Of a stretch of DNA of 64,000 bases, positions 43,897-51,910 are shown piece by piece. Origin of the DNA: Syntrophales bacterium (GTDB taxonomy: Bacteria > Desulfobacterota > Syntrophia > Syntrophales > UBA2210); assembly GCA_963666365.2 (NCBI GenBank), contig CAXXNF010000002.1:1792001-1856000 (forward strand), in the 5' to 3' direction. Position numbers and translations under genes: made by a program. The notes below the pieces were generated by a model. The model was not told the origin of the DNA and did no database searches. It was given only the letters and a program-made list of their open reading frames with translations. The stretch's first letter is position 1; each line of letters begins with the position of its first letter.

Positions 43897-43981
43897 TCCC
43901 TGTAGCCCGCGGCTTCTTGAACCATGGATTAGTACCGAGCTCTCGTTCCTCGACTCGGGACTAATCCTGTATTTGTTGGGC
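43897..43981. other. attC-like hairpin fused to an IS91-like end motif
   Basis: CCCTGTAGCCCGCGGCTTCTTGAAC + GGATTAGT/ACTAATCC hairpin + GTTGGGC. Confidence 0.5.
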
Positions 43982-43987
43982 AAATAA

Positions 43988-44653
43988 TCAGTTAACGGCG
44001 TTACCCTCTCTACCCAGCATAATACTCTGTGAGAATACCCAGATTATTGAAATAAAGAAAGCCAACCATTCCCAAATTACAGGTGTATTCCTACTGACCA
44101 TTCCTCGTTCATGGAACCCGACAAGGATGGCAAAGACTAAATATACAACCACCAACAGGAAGCACAAGAAAGGAAGAATTTTAGGAATACCTTTTAACGA
44201 TAATTCCTTAATGCCAATGATGGTTTGAAGAATGACAACGCCCAGAAAATATAGCGGGATACCCATTTTGTGAATTGCAGCAGACACATTATAAGGTACG
44301 GCGGTCATGATGACCGTGCCCGCAGTGGAAACCAAAGCAATCATTAGGGTCGTGACAATGAACGCCCGGCCTGCACCTGATTGGCCAAGCCGGAGGATTA
44401 ACAGGACAATAACAAGATACCGTATTGGTGCCGCAATGAGGGTGCCGGCATTGAATGTGATCTGCGGCCAACCAGCTGTGGCCCCAATATCACTTAAAAA
44501 TGTGCTAAAAATTGAGAAGTCTGAATGTCCTGGAAGATACACAAGAGTTGCAATTAAAACAACGAGTATTCCCCAAATGCCTGCGATTATTCCGACCAGC
44601 CTCAAAGCAGACGGAATATGAATAACTACTCTATTAATCTGATTTGCATGCAT
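43988..44653 (-). CDS. DUF998/Frag1-like membrane protein
   Basis: multiple TM helices; FLSDIG, IH, WEW. Confidence 0.65.
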   Translation of the reverse strand: MHANQINRVVIHIPSALRLVGIIAGIWGILVVLIATLVYLPGHSDFSIFSTFLSDIGATAGWPQITFNAGTLIAAPIRYLVIVLLILRLGQSGAGRAFIVTTLMIALVSTAGTVIMTAVPYNVSAAIHKMGIPLYFLGVVILQTIIGIKELSLKGIPKILPFLCFLLVVVYLVFAILVGFHERGMVSRNTPVIWEWLAFFISIIWVFSQSIMLGREGNAVN

Positions 44654-44709
44654 TTCTCACACCCAACGCTGGATTGTCCTCTGTGACACCCGGAGCATCA
44701 AAGTCGGTA

Positions 44710-45135
44710 TCACCTGGCTGGCTCGTCCGCCCAGGATTCATGTGAATGTATAATCTGCCAGCCCTGTTGACCTTTCTTCCATATCAGTGTGAATACATGT
44801 TCGGATATGGTAGTCTGACCGCCCTTCATCTGCATGTCGACCCTCTCTTGACTCGTGAGCAGGGCTGTATCCGGAGCAATAGGAGTAACCTGCACTTCGT
44901 GCAACTCCAAATACTGACTTTCTCTCATGGAGAAGTTGGACGCTATCACCTGAACCCAGTCACCTCGCGTGCCAAACAAGACTCCCCCTGCAACGGTGGA
45001 AACAAACTCATCCCTGCTATAGCATTTCTCCCAGAGAGCAATATCCTTCTGGTTTATTGCGGCTACCATCTGTGCAAATCTTTCAGTTACTTCCTTCACG
45101 ATGCGTGCCTTATCCAAGTCAATGGATGATTCCAT
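44710..45135 (-). CDS. NTF2/SnoaL-like protein
   Basis: FTLIWKK...WQIIHSHES C-terminus; an in-frame upstream signal-peptide segment (from 45231) is broken by a TGA. Confidence 0.8.
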   Translation of the reverse strand: MESSIDLDKARIVKEVTERFAQMVAAINQKDIALWEKCYSRDEFVSTVAGGVLFGTRGDWVQVIASNFSMRESQYLELHEVQVTPIAPDTALLTSQERVDMQMKGGQTTISEHVFTLIWKKGQQGWQIIHSHESWADEPAR

Positions 45136-45267
45136 GAGAGTCCTCCTTTCAGTGTTCCGAGTCCATTCAGCCAGTGCAGAAAGTCAACAGACAAATGTTG
45201 TCACAATAACTGCCAGGATATTCGTCTTCATGACTCTTGCCTTTTCCCTTCCACATCTCATTAGCGA

Positions 45268-45340
45268 ACATAACGCCTGTTTAACCCGCTTTTTTCAATG
45301 CGTAGCGGCGAAAAATATGGGGTTGAAACATCTGTTGAGC
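45268..45340 (-). other. attC-like site
   Basis: ACATAAC...TGTTTAACCC/GGGTTGAAACA...GTTGAGC. Confidence 0.7.
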
Positions 45341-45358
45341 CTGTCTTCCTTTAAAATT

Positions 45359-46105
45359 TTACAATTCGTACAGCCTCCTGTATTTGTCGTACTGACGTTT
45401 CAAAATATCTTTTCTCCGCTCCGATCCGTGAGCGGGAAGATAGATTCCGCAACCGGTATCGAGAAGTTTTTTCCAACTTTCAACCATCATTCCTACGTCA
45501 TCCGCGAATGGAGGAAATACCGAACCTGCAAAGACTCCAAACATCGCATCGCCAACAATGGCTATTTCGTCGTCGATTATTACGCTGATCGACCCCGGCG
45601 TATGACCGGGCGTATGGAGAATGTATCCGGGAAATCCAAAGGGTTCCAGTCCAAATTCCCCGTCCACCGAAAAATCGTAATCGGTCGGTTCGTATCCAAG
45701 CCGCTCAATCAGTTTTGTTTTGTACAATATTCTGCTCAAAATCTTTGTTAAAAACACTGTTCCGCCAATTCTTGGATTTTCACCATTCTTCAAATAGTCC
45801 CCTTCACTTTTGTGGACGATAACAGAAGCCTTGTAGGCTTTCTTGAATTTTGCTGCGTTTTCGGCATGATCGAAATGGCAGTGGGTCAATATGAGGGAAA
45901 CGGGCAAATCTTCTTTCACTCCAAGTTTACCGAGGTTTCCCTCCAGGCATTTCCAACTCTTTTCCCTTCCCGTATCTATTAGAAGAAATCTGTTTTCCTT
46001 TGAAACCAGATAACAATTGCACCTTCCCCACAAAACCCTGTGGATCATAACACCGTTTCTAGTAGTCCAGTATTTCATTTTTTGTACTGTTGATGCTCGT
46101 TCCAT
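45359..46105 (-). CDS. MBL-fold metallo-hydrolase
   Basis: THCHFDH, TPGHTPGS, GDA, PAHG; start placed inside the cassette boundary. Confidence 0.85.
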   Translation of the reverse strand: MERASTVQKMKYWTTRNGVMIHRVLWGRCNCYLVSKENRFLLIDTGREKSWKCLEGNLGKLGVKEDLPVSLILTHCHFDHAENAAKFKKAYKASVIVHKSEGDYLKNGENPRIGGTVFLTKILSRILYKTKLIERLGYEPTDYDFSVDGEFGLEPFGFPGYILHTPGHTPGSISVIIDDEIAIVGDAMFGVFAGSVFPPFADDVGMMVESWKKLLDTGCGIYLPAHGSERRKDILKRQYDKYRRLYEL

Positions 46106-46121
46106 AGAAATAGTAATTCCT

Positions 46122-46185
46122 ACCCAACGAAAGAGAACAGGGGGGCGGGTGGCAGCCCGCGTCCTTCTGGATTGAAGGGTGCGGC
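46122..46185 (-). other. attC-like site related to 62182-62245
   Basis: ACCCAAC...GCGGGTGGCAGCCCGCGTCC...GTGCGGC. Confidence 0.6.
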
Positions 46186-46188
46186 TCT

Positions 46189-46594
46189 TTAACAATTTAC
46201 CCGAATTACTTCAGCGTGCAATTTCAAGCCGAGGGCATGCAAAACTTTCAAGATGGTGTCAAACCCTGGGCTTCTTTCTCCAGAAAGCGCTTTGTAAAGA
46301 CTTTCCCTGGAAAATAGCTTTCCATCTGAACGGGCAAGAACCCAGATGTCGTTTTGTGATGGACGTGAACCTCCGGGTAATGGAAACCTGATGCTCTGGT
46401 AGAGCTAGTAACAATTCTGTTGATGGAAACTGAGTTTCAAGAACTGAAGCAACCTCTGAAGGGAAACCATTGGCCTCTTGCCATGAGTAAGCAAGGATAC
46501 GAACGGAATAGCCCTGTCGCCAGTGTTTGTCTGGCTCGGCCAGAAACTGCGCCCACTGCTCTGCGTTTGAAGTTTGGATATAAATTTTGCTCAT
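46189..46594 (-). pseudogene. DUF6946-like pseudogene
   Basis: LAEPDKHWRQGYS..LAYSWQ..GFP; frameshift before LPGGSRPSQNDIW; internal deletion. Confidence 0.6.
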
Positions 46595-46711
46595 GCAGCT
46601 ATAAACTCACTTCAGAGGGCTAGCAAGTCATTTATTCGGGTGTGTTATACAGAAACTACATAACGCACTCCCTCCCCGTACTGACGGTCACAATAATCCG
46701 AGCTGCTCGCC

Positions 46712-46752
46712 AAAAAACAAAAGCCCTGCTTCTCTTTTTGAAAAACAGGGCT
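46712..46752 (-). terminator. rho-independent terminator
   Basis: AGCCCTG...CAGGGCT followed by a U-rich tail on the minus strand. Confidence 0.7.
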
Positions 46753-46975
46753 GTTACCGGCAAGCCATATCTCCTCCTTTTTATCTCATACGAAGGACCA
46801 ATCTTTTGTGATTACATACACCTCATCGTATTGTTGTCAACTTATTTTTGCTATTTTGATGAAGTTCTTGCCTGTCCATCCAGTCAAAGGTACCTCTTTT
46901 CAAGAAAATTCAGGGTTAAAAAGGAATAACAATAGAAGGCCGCGTCAAATCAGTATAGGAGTCTGTATCTGGAAC

Positions 46976-47060
46976 ATTCCAGGGACAGTATACTTAATTT
47001 TACATCATCGGGTATTCACAAAGACTGCCTCAGTTGAATTAAGTATACTGTCCCTGGAAT
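46976..47060. mobile_element. 85-bp MITE/REPIN-like element
   Basis: perfect 24-bp inverted repeat ATTCCAGGGACAGTATACTTAATT around a 37-bp spacer; related to the RAYT IRs at 54249 and 54877. Confidence 0.8.
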
Positions 47061-47274
47061 TCAATTCAAAAAAGACCGACGCCGGTTTAAATTCGGGCGT
47101 TAGCGCCTTGATAATCTCGTCTTCTTTCCGGGTACGGTCAAGCGGAGCGAGTAGACGCACCGGTAACGCGCCATACACAATAAACGTGTCGGTTTCACAC
47201 AAAAGCGCTGCCGAGGTCCCGCTTAGCGCGATATGGCTGAAACGAGAACTGAATTGATATACTGGATTTACCAC
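47059..47274 (-). pseudogene. truncated 5' copy of the cyclodehydratase/YcaO gene
   Basis: near-identical to 53896-54111; cut at the MITE. Confidence 0.9.
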
Positions 47275-47291
47275 AGCAGGCAATCGGTCGG

Positions 47292-47543
47292 TTAACACCA
47301 AATTGAAGCTGCCACCCGCTCTTCCAGATTATCGAGGTTGGTCTCGCCTTCCTCCATATGCGGGATAACGAGGATCTCCTCGTTGGGGGCTTCTTCGAGA
47401 ACCCTGATTTTTACATAATCGGGAATTTCGACGTTCTCGCTCCTCAATACTGCGATTGGATCGCTGATGAGCCGTTGCTTGTACTCAGCATCGCCCCACG
47501 CTTTGGCTACAACCTTGGCCCACAGCTTGTTCATATCATTCAT
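47292..47543 (-). CDS. NHLP (nitrile hydratase-like leader) RiPP precursor; predicted core SIWC
   Basis: GGAGG RBS; VVAKAWGDAEYKQRLISDP..VL...IP leader signature; ends LEERVAA-SIWC. Confidence 0.88.
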   Translation of the reverse strand: MNDMNKLWAKVVAKAWGDAEYKQRLISDPIAVLRSENVEIPDYVKIRVLEEAPNEEILVIPHMEEGETNLDNLEERVAASIWC

Positions 47544-47660
47544 TACTGATACCTCCACTATGGAATTTATCTGCTTGCGAAGCAATCTTCTAGCAAGTTT
47601 AATATGTTGGCTCTATATCACCTGGGATATTGCAATGCAAGATTAAACTACATACTTCAG
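47520..47660. repeat. 141-bp direct repeat (promoter, RBS and first precursor codons), second copy at 54108-54248
   Basis: ungapped alignment with a constant offset of 6588. Confidence 0.9.
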
Positions 47661-47908
47661 AGTTGCAGCTCTGAGATCGTTTTTTCATCTGGAGCTATAG
47701 ATATGCCTTGACGAGGGATCAGAGATGTAGAATAAGTCAACAACTTAACATCAGAACGTTTCCGGGGTTCCCAACGTGCTTCTTTTTGGCCGCTGGTTGA
47801 CGCCTGATTTTGGGCAATGCTACAATTGCATCGGTCATGGCGGTAAGAAAGTGAATGTTTGATCCCGGTATGAGATGCGCCGAGCTGTCTTTTCCTATTA
47901 ACTGAATT

Positions 47909-50044
47909 ATGAAGGTTTCGGATATGAAGAACCGAAGAGTTATGCTTATAAACGCGTGTAATCCTCCGGTTAACCTCACCTATCCTTATTCATTTGTTCA
48001 AGTGGGCGAGGTGGCCGACCGCTTTGGAATTGTCATCCAGTCCATTGAACTCTTCGGCATTCCGGAAAATGAATGGGCGCAATTCCTGTGCTCCCGTCAG
48101 GAGGAATTTCGTCCGGATCTGATCGGAGTCACCCTCCGGAATACCGACTCCATGCTCTCCAGCGATTACATCCGGCGACCCCGGAACCGGGAGTATCTTT
48201 GCCCTTTTCAGGCCACCTTCTTAGAAGGGGCGCTGGAGGGGTTCTCTCCTTACTTTCCTGTCCACACCACCCGGCGACTGATTAAAATCCTGCGCCGAAT
48301 CACGGACCTTCCGGTCGTGGTCGGGGGCTACGGTTTCTCGGTGATGCCGGAACGTATGATGGATTTTCTTCGGCCCGACTACGGGGTGAGGGGCGGACCT
48401 GACGGCTTCTTTGAGAATTTCGAGGATATCCTCTCCCGCCAACGACTTCTGGAAGTACCCAATCTGCTCTATTGGGAGGGCGAGGAGCTTTGCGCCGGAC
48501 CGCTTCGTTTCTTCGGCCCGGCTCCACGGCGGGAATACAACGAGGAAAATATTCGAGACCGCGCCCGCTTCCTAGCTGCCCGCTATCTCCCAATTTCTCC
48601 CCTTTCCCGGTCGGTTCCGCTTGAGATCATCCGGGGCTGCCCCAACCGGTGTGCTTACTGTTCCGAACCCCTGGTCAAGGGCAGACAACTCCAGTACCGG
48701 GACCGGGAGGTGATCCGGGAAGAGATTGAGTTTCTGGGGCGGCACGGCTTGAATCTCCTCTGGTTCATCTGTTCGGAGATGAACACGGAAGGGAACCAGT
48801 TCATGCTGGAGCTGGCCGAGGATATGATCCGGATTAATGAGAAACGGGATGACGCTGAAAAGGTGAAGTGGTATGGGTACTATCTCCTTACCCTTTCCCC
48901 GGACGAGCTCGGTCTCTTGAGACGTTCGGGTTTCCTGGGGGGGTGGAACGATATCGTCTCATTAGATGATTCGAACCTCTCGCGGATGGGATTCCCGTGC
49001 CAGAGCAAGAACCAGATCGAGAACCTCTTTCAGATGACGGTTTTTGCCCGGGATGATTTAAAACGGAAGGGAAAGAAATCGATGACACCGGAAGAACGGC
49101 TTTTTTACGATCCGAACCATCGGGGCACCTTTGGGATGGATAATATCTGCAATCGCGGTTGGAGCCTCTTTCTCGGCAACCCGGAGACCACGGCCGAGAC
49201 CATCCGGATTACTCTGGAAAAGTTCGACCGGAAGGGATTAGCAGATTACTACGATGTGTGTTTTATCTCCCGGGCGACCAGGGTTTACGATTACATAGAT
49301 GGGATAGATCCGGAGCGCGACCGTCTCTGCTCTTTCACGCCCTCGGGTGCGGCGGCAACAGTTGATTATGTCAATCCTACCTTCTGTTTTCCGCATGATC
49401 TGCTCGCCCGGCTCGGTTCCCCCGAAGAGATAGAAAGCTTATTTACCTTGTTGGAGAATACCTATTTCTCCCGTCACCACCTATTTCAGAAGGATTGGAA
49501 CTGGTTTTTGAATCGAAACTCCAGCCCGGCGCGGTTCGGGAGAGCTTTCCGGGATGCTCTCTCCCGGGCTCGACCTCCCTTTCCAGGGGATCTCAGCCGG
49601 CTTGGTGAGGTGCGAAAATTTTTCGATTACCTGTCTGGAGATCCGTGCCCGGAACGGATCGGGTTGCTCTTCAATCCGACCCCCGGCCGGAAACACCTTC
49701 TTAATCTCGCCGCTTGGGGCGCCATTCGTTTTGTGCTCTCCCAGCACCGGGAAGAGTTGGCCCCGGTCCGGCAAATCTTGGCTCTGCCGGATTCTTACCC
49801 GGGTGGGGTGGAGCCCTCTGAGTTCCGGGTTGCCCGCTTGATCTATCGGCGGTTTGACTCCGAACGGCAGCTTCGAAAAGCTCTTCGTTCCGAACCCGGC
49901 CTCCGGCGGGGAAAACTTGAAGATCTTTTGCTGGAATATCTGCTCTATAGGAATAACCTGGTCTTACGGCCGGACTACCGCCCCTTTTTCCTGACCGAAG
50001 ATTCGTTCGGGGAGAGCGGGCTGGATGATGAAGAGTTAACTTAA
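47909..50044 (+). CDS. cobalamin-dependent radical SAM protein, TsrM-like
   Basis: LIGVTLRNTD and PVVVGGYGFSVMP in the B12 domain; CPNRCAYCSEP..KG; CSEMN. Confidence 0.85.
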   Translation: MKVSDMKNRRVMLINACNPPVNLTYPYSFVQVGEVADRFGIVIQSIELFGIPENEWAQFLCSRQEEFRPDLIGVTLRNTDSMLSSDYIRRPRNREYLCPFQATFLEGALEGFSPYFPVHTTRRLIKILRRITDLPVVVGGYGFSVMPERMMDFLRPDYGVRGGPDGFFENFEDILSRQRLLEVPNLLYWEGEELCAGPLRFFGPAPRREYNEENIRDRARFLAARYLPISPLSRSVPLEIIRGCPNRCAYCSEPLVKGRQLQYRDREVIREEIEFLGRHGLNLLWFICSEMNTEGNQFMLELAEDMIRINEKRDDAEKVKWYGYYLLTLSPDELGLLRRSGFLGGWNDIVSLDDSNLSRMGFPCQSKNQIENLFQMTVFARDDLKRKGKKSMTPEERLFYDPNHRGTFGMDNICNRGWSLFLGNPETTAETIRITLEKFDRKGLADYYDVCFISRATRVYDYIDGIDPERDRLCSFTPSGAAATVDYVNPTFCFPHDLLARLGSPEEIESLFTLLENTYFSRHHLFQKDWNWFLNRNSSPARFGRAFRDALSRARPPFPGDLSRLGEVRKFFDYLSGDPCPERIGLLFNPTPGRKHLLNLAAWGAIRFVLSQHREELAPVRQILALPDSYPGGVEPSEFRVARLIYRRFDSERQLRKALRSEPGLRRGKLEDLLLEYLLYRNNLVLRPDYRPFFLTEDSFGESGLDDEELT

Positions 50045-50200
50045 TGCCCGGTACCGCTGCAAAAAATCAGTATCTCGCACCAAAATCCACACTTGGCAGG
50101 GTTATGGTAAAATGTGCAAATACGTCCCACTATCCCATGTTTGGCTTCCGGCCCGATCATGAATCTGGGCGAGTTGTCCCTTGGTAGTCATTGGGGCCTA

Positions 50201-51910
50201 TTACAATTCAAAGTCGCGGTGCGTAACCGCATAATATTGGGAATAGACAAACCGCACCAGGACAACCAGGGCGAAGACCAGGGTGAGCGGCGCCAGCGCC
50301 TGTAGCAGTCTGTTCTCGGCCGCATGGTGCGTGATGAATTCATAGAACGGCAGCAGGAAAAAGATGACGGTGAACACGGTCCCGAGTAGGCCGTACCCCA
50401 ACAAGAACGCCCGGTTCACGCCCGCGAATTCTTCCGCCTGGGCCGGCTCGGTGGTACCGCACAACCGGAAGACCAGGTAGCGCAAGTAGCGGAAGGAGCG
50501 GGAGCGCAGGTTCTTGATCCCGGACCAATCCATGAGCACGTAATATCCGTCCAGGCGCAGGAACGGGTTGAGGTTGAAGAGCAGGGAGATATAGCAGATG
50601 CAGGCTAGGGCCAGCACGAGCGTATCGAGGCCCGGCAGTACGGACGAGATGAAAAAGCTGCACCAGAAAAGACAGCTGCCCAGGGCAAAAGTCGTAAGCG
50701 GACCGGCCAGGGAAATAATAGCCCGCTGCCGCCAGTCCTTTAAACGCCAGGAGGAAGAGACATCGCAATAGAAGATAAAGGCCGCCAGGTAGAACATTAA
50801 GCCGAGACGGTAGATGCGGCAGCCGTAATGTTTGCTGGCCACGCCGTGCCCAAACTCGTGGATGATGACGATGAAAAAGAGTCCCAGGTAGACCAGGGCA
50901 AACAAAGTCGGGTTTGAGGAAACGAGCAGCGGCAGGTGCTTGGCCTGTTCCACGATCCGCGTCTGGTCGAGCCACAGCGGCACCAGCCCGGAGAGTGCGA
51001 TCAGGAGCATCAGGAAAAAGCCGGCCGGCGTTGCCAGGAAGCCGAGGCTGTGGTACACCGCGGTGACGGCGCGGTCGGCGTGACGGATGGAAAAATCCGG
51101 GTTAAGAAACCGCAGTAGCACGCGTTTGGCGCCGGGGGTGGACCTTTGCCCTTCGGTCTCGTCCAGCATTCCTTCCGCTTCCAATTTTTTATAGAGCGCT
51201 TCCAAGCGAGAAGGATGGATGAGTCCGTGTTCGTCAACAAAGCGCAGGTAGAGCTCGCGCACGGTGACGCTGCCGTCGAAGCGGCTGGCGAACCACGCAT
51301 ACTGCCAGTCAAGCTCCAGAATCTTGCCGGTACCGGTATCTTTTAGCAGGGCTCTGCCCGGAGCGCCGCTGGCGGGCGGTTCTCCGCCGTCAACGATTAT
51401 GCGCGGCAACAGCCGCGGCGCCACGCTGAGCACCCAGAGCTGCTTTTCAGCATGGGCGGGTCGGAAGTATCGCTCCATAATAAACTTTTGCTCTTTGCTG
51501 CTTCGGAAAAGGCGGACCCGGTCCATCCAGTGCTTTACCTGATGCAGCCAGAGGGTGTCGGTGTTGATATCTTCCAGATCGATATCGCCGGTGCCCAGAG
51601 TGAATTCTCCAAGCAGTTCCGGGGCCAGGGGAAGCCCGTTGCGGTAATGTACTTCGATCCGTAGTTTTTCGGCCAGGATGGCCATCTCGATTTTGATTAC
51701 CTCGCCCGGCGCCTGCCGCAGCAGCTCGCCGTATACTTCTTCAATGGCCGCGAGCACGGCCTGGTAAAATACCGGCGACAGGTCTAAACGGTGCAGCAAT
51801 GTGCTGGCGAGGTCAAAGATCGTTGTGAAGTTGTCGGCGGTAACCTCGCCGGTATAGGTCATCCTGGTTGCGGTTGGGACCGCGCGGTTTGGTTTCACCG
51901 GCTTCGCCAA
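50201..51910 (-). CDS. M50 (site-2) metalloprotease fused to N-terminal HATPase-like and PqqD/RRE-like domains
   Basis: HEFGH, LAGP, NLNPFLRLDGYY; AAIEEVYGE...WMDRV; FDGSVTVREL...LEAEGML. Confidence 0.82.
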   Translation of the reverse strand: MAKPVKPNRAVPTATRMTYTGEVTADNFTTIFDLASTLLHRLDLSPVFYQAVLAAIEEVYGELLRQAPGEVIKIEMAILAEKLRIEVHYRNGLPLAPELLGEFTLGTGDIDLEDINTDTLWLHQVKHWMDRVRLFRSSKEQKFIMERYFRPAHAEKQLWVLSVAPRLLPRIIVDGGEPPASGAPGRALLKDTGTGKILELDWQYAWFASRFDGSVTVRELYLRFVDEHGLIHPSRLEALYKKLEAEGMLDETEGQRSTPGAKRVLLRFLNPDFSIRHADRAVTAVYHSLGFLATPAGFFLMLLIALSGLVPLWLDQTRIVEQAKHLPLLVSSNPTLFALVYLGLFFIVIIHEFGHGVASKHYGCRIYRLGLMFYLAAFIFYCDVSSSWRLKDWRQRAIISLAGPLTTFALGSCLFWCSFFISSVLPGLDTLVLALACICYISLLFNLNPFLRLDGYYVLMDWSGIKNLRSRSFRYLRYLVFRLCGTTEPAQAEEFAGVNRAFLLGYGLLGTVFTVIFFLLPFYEFITHHAAENRLLQALAPLTLVFALVVLVRFVYSQYYAVTHRDFEL

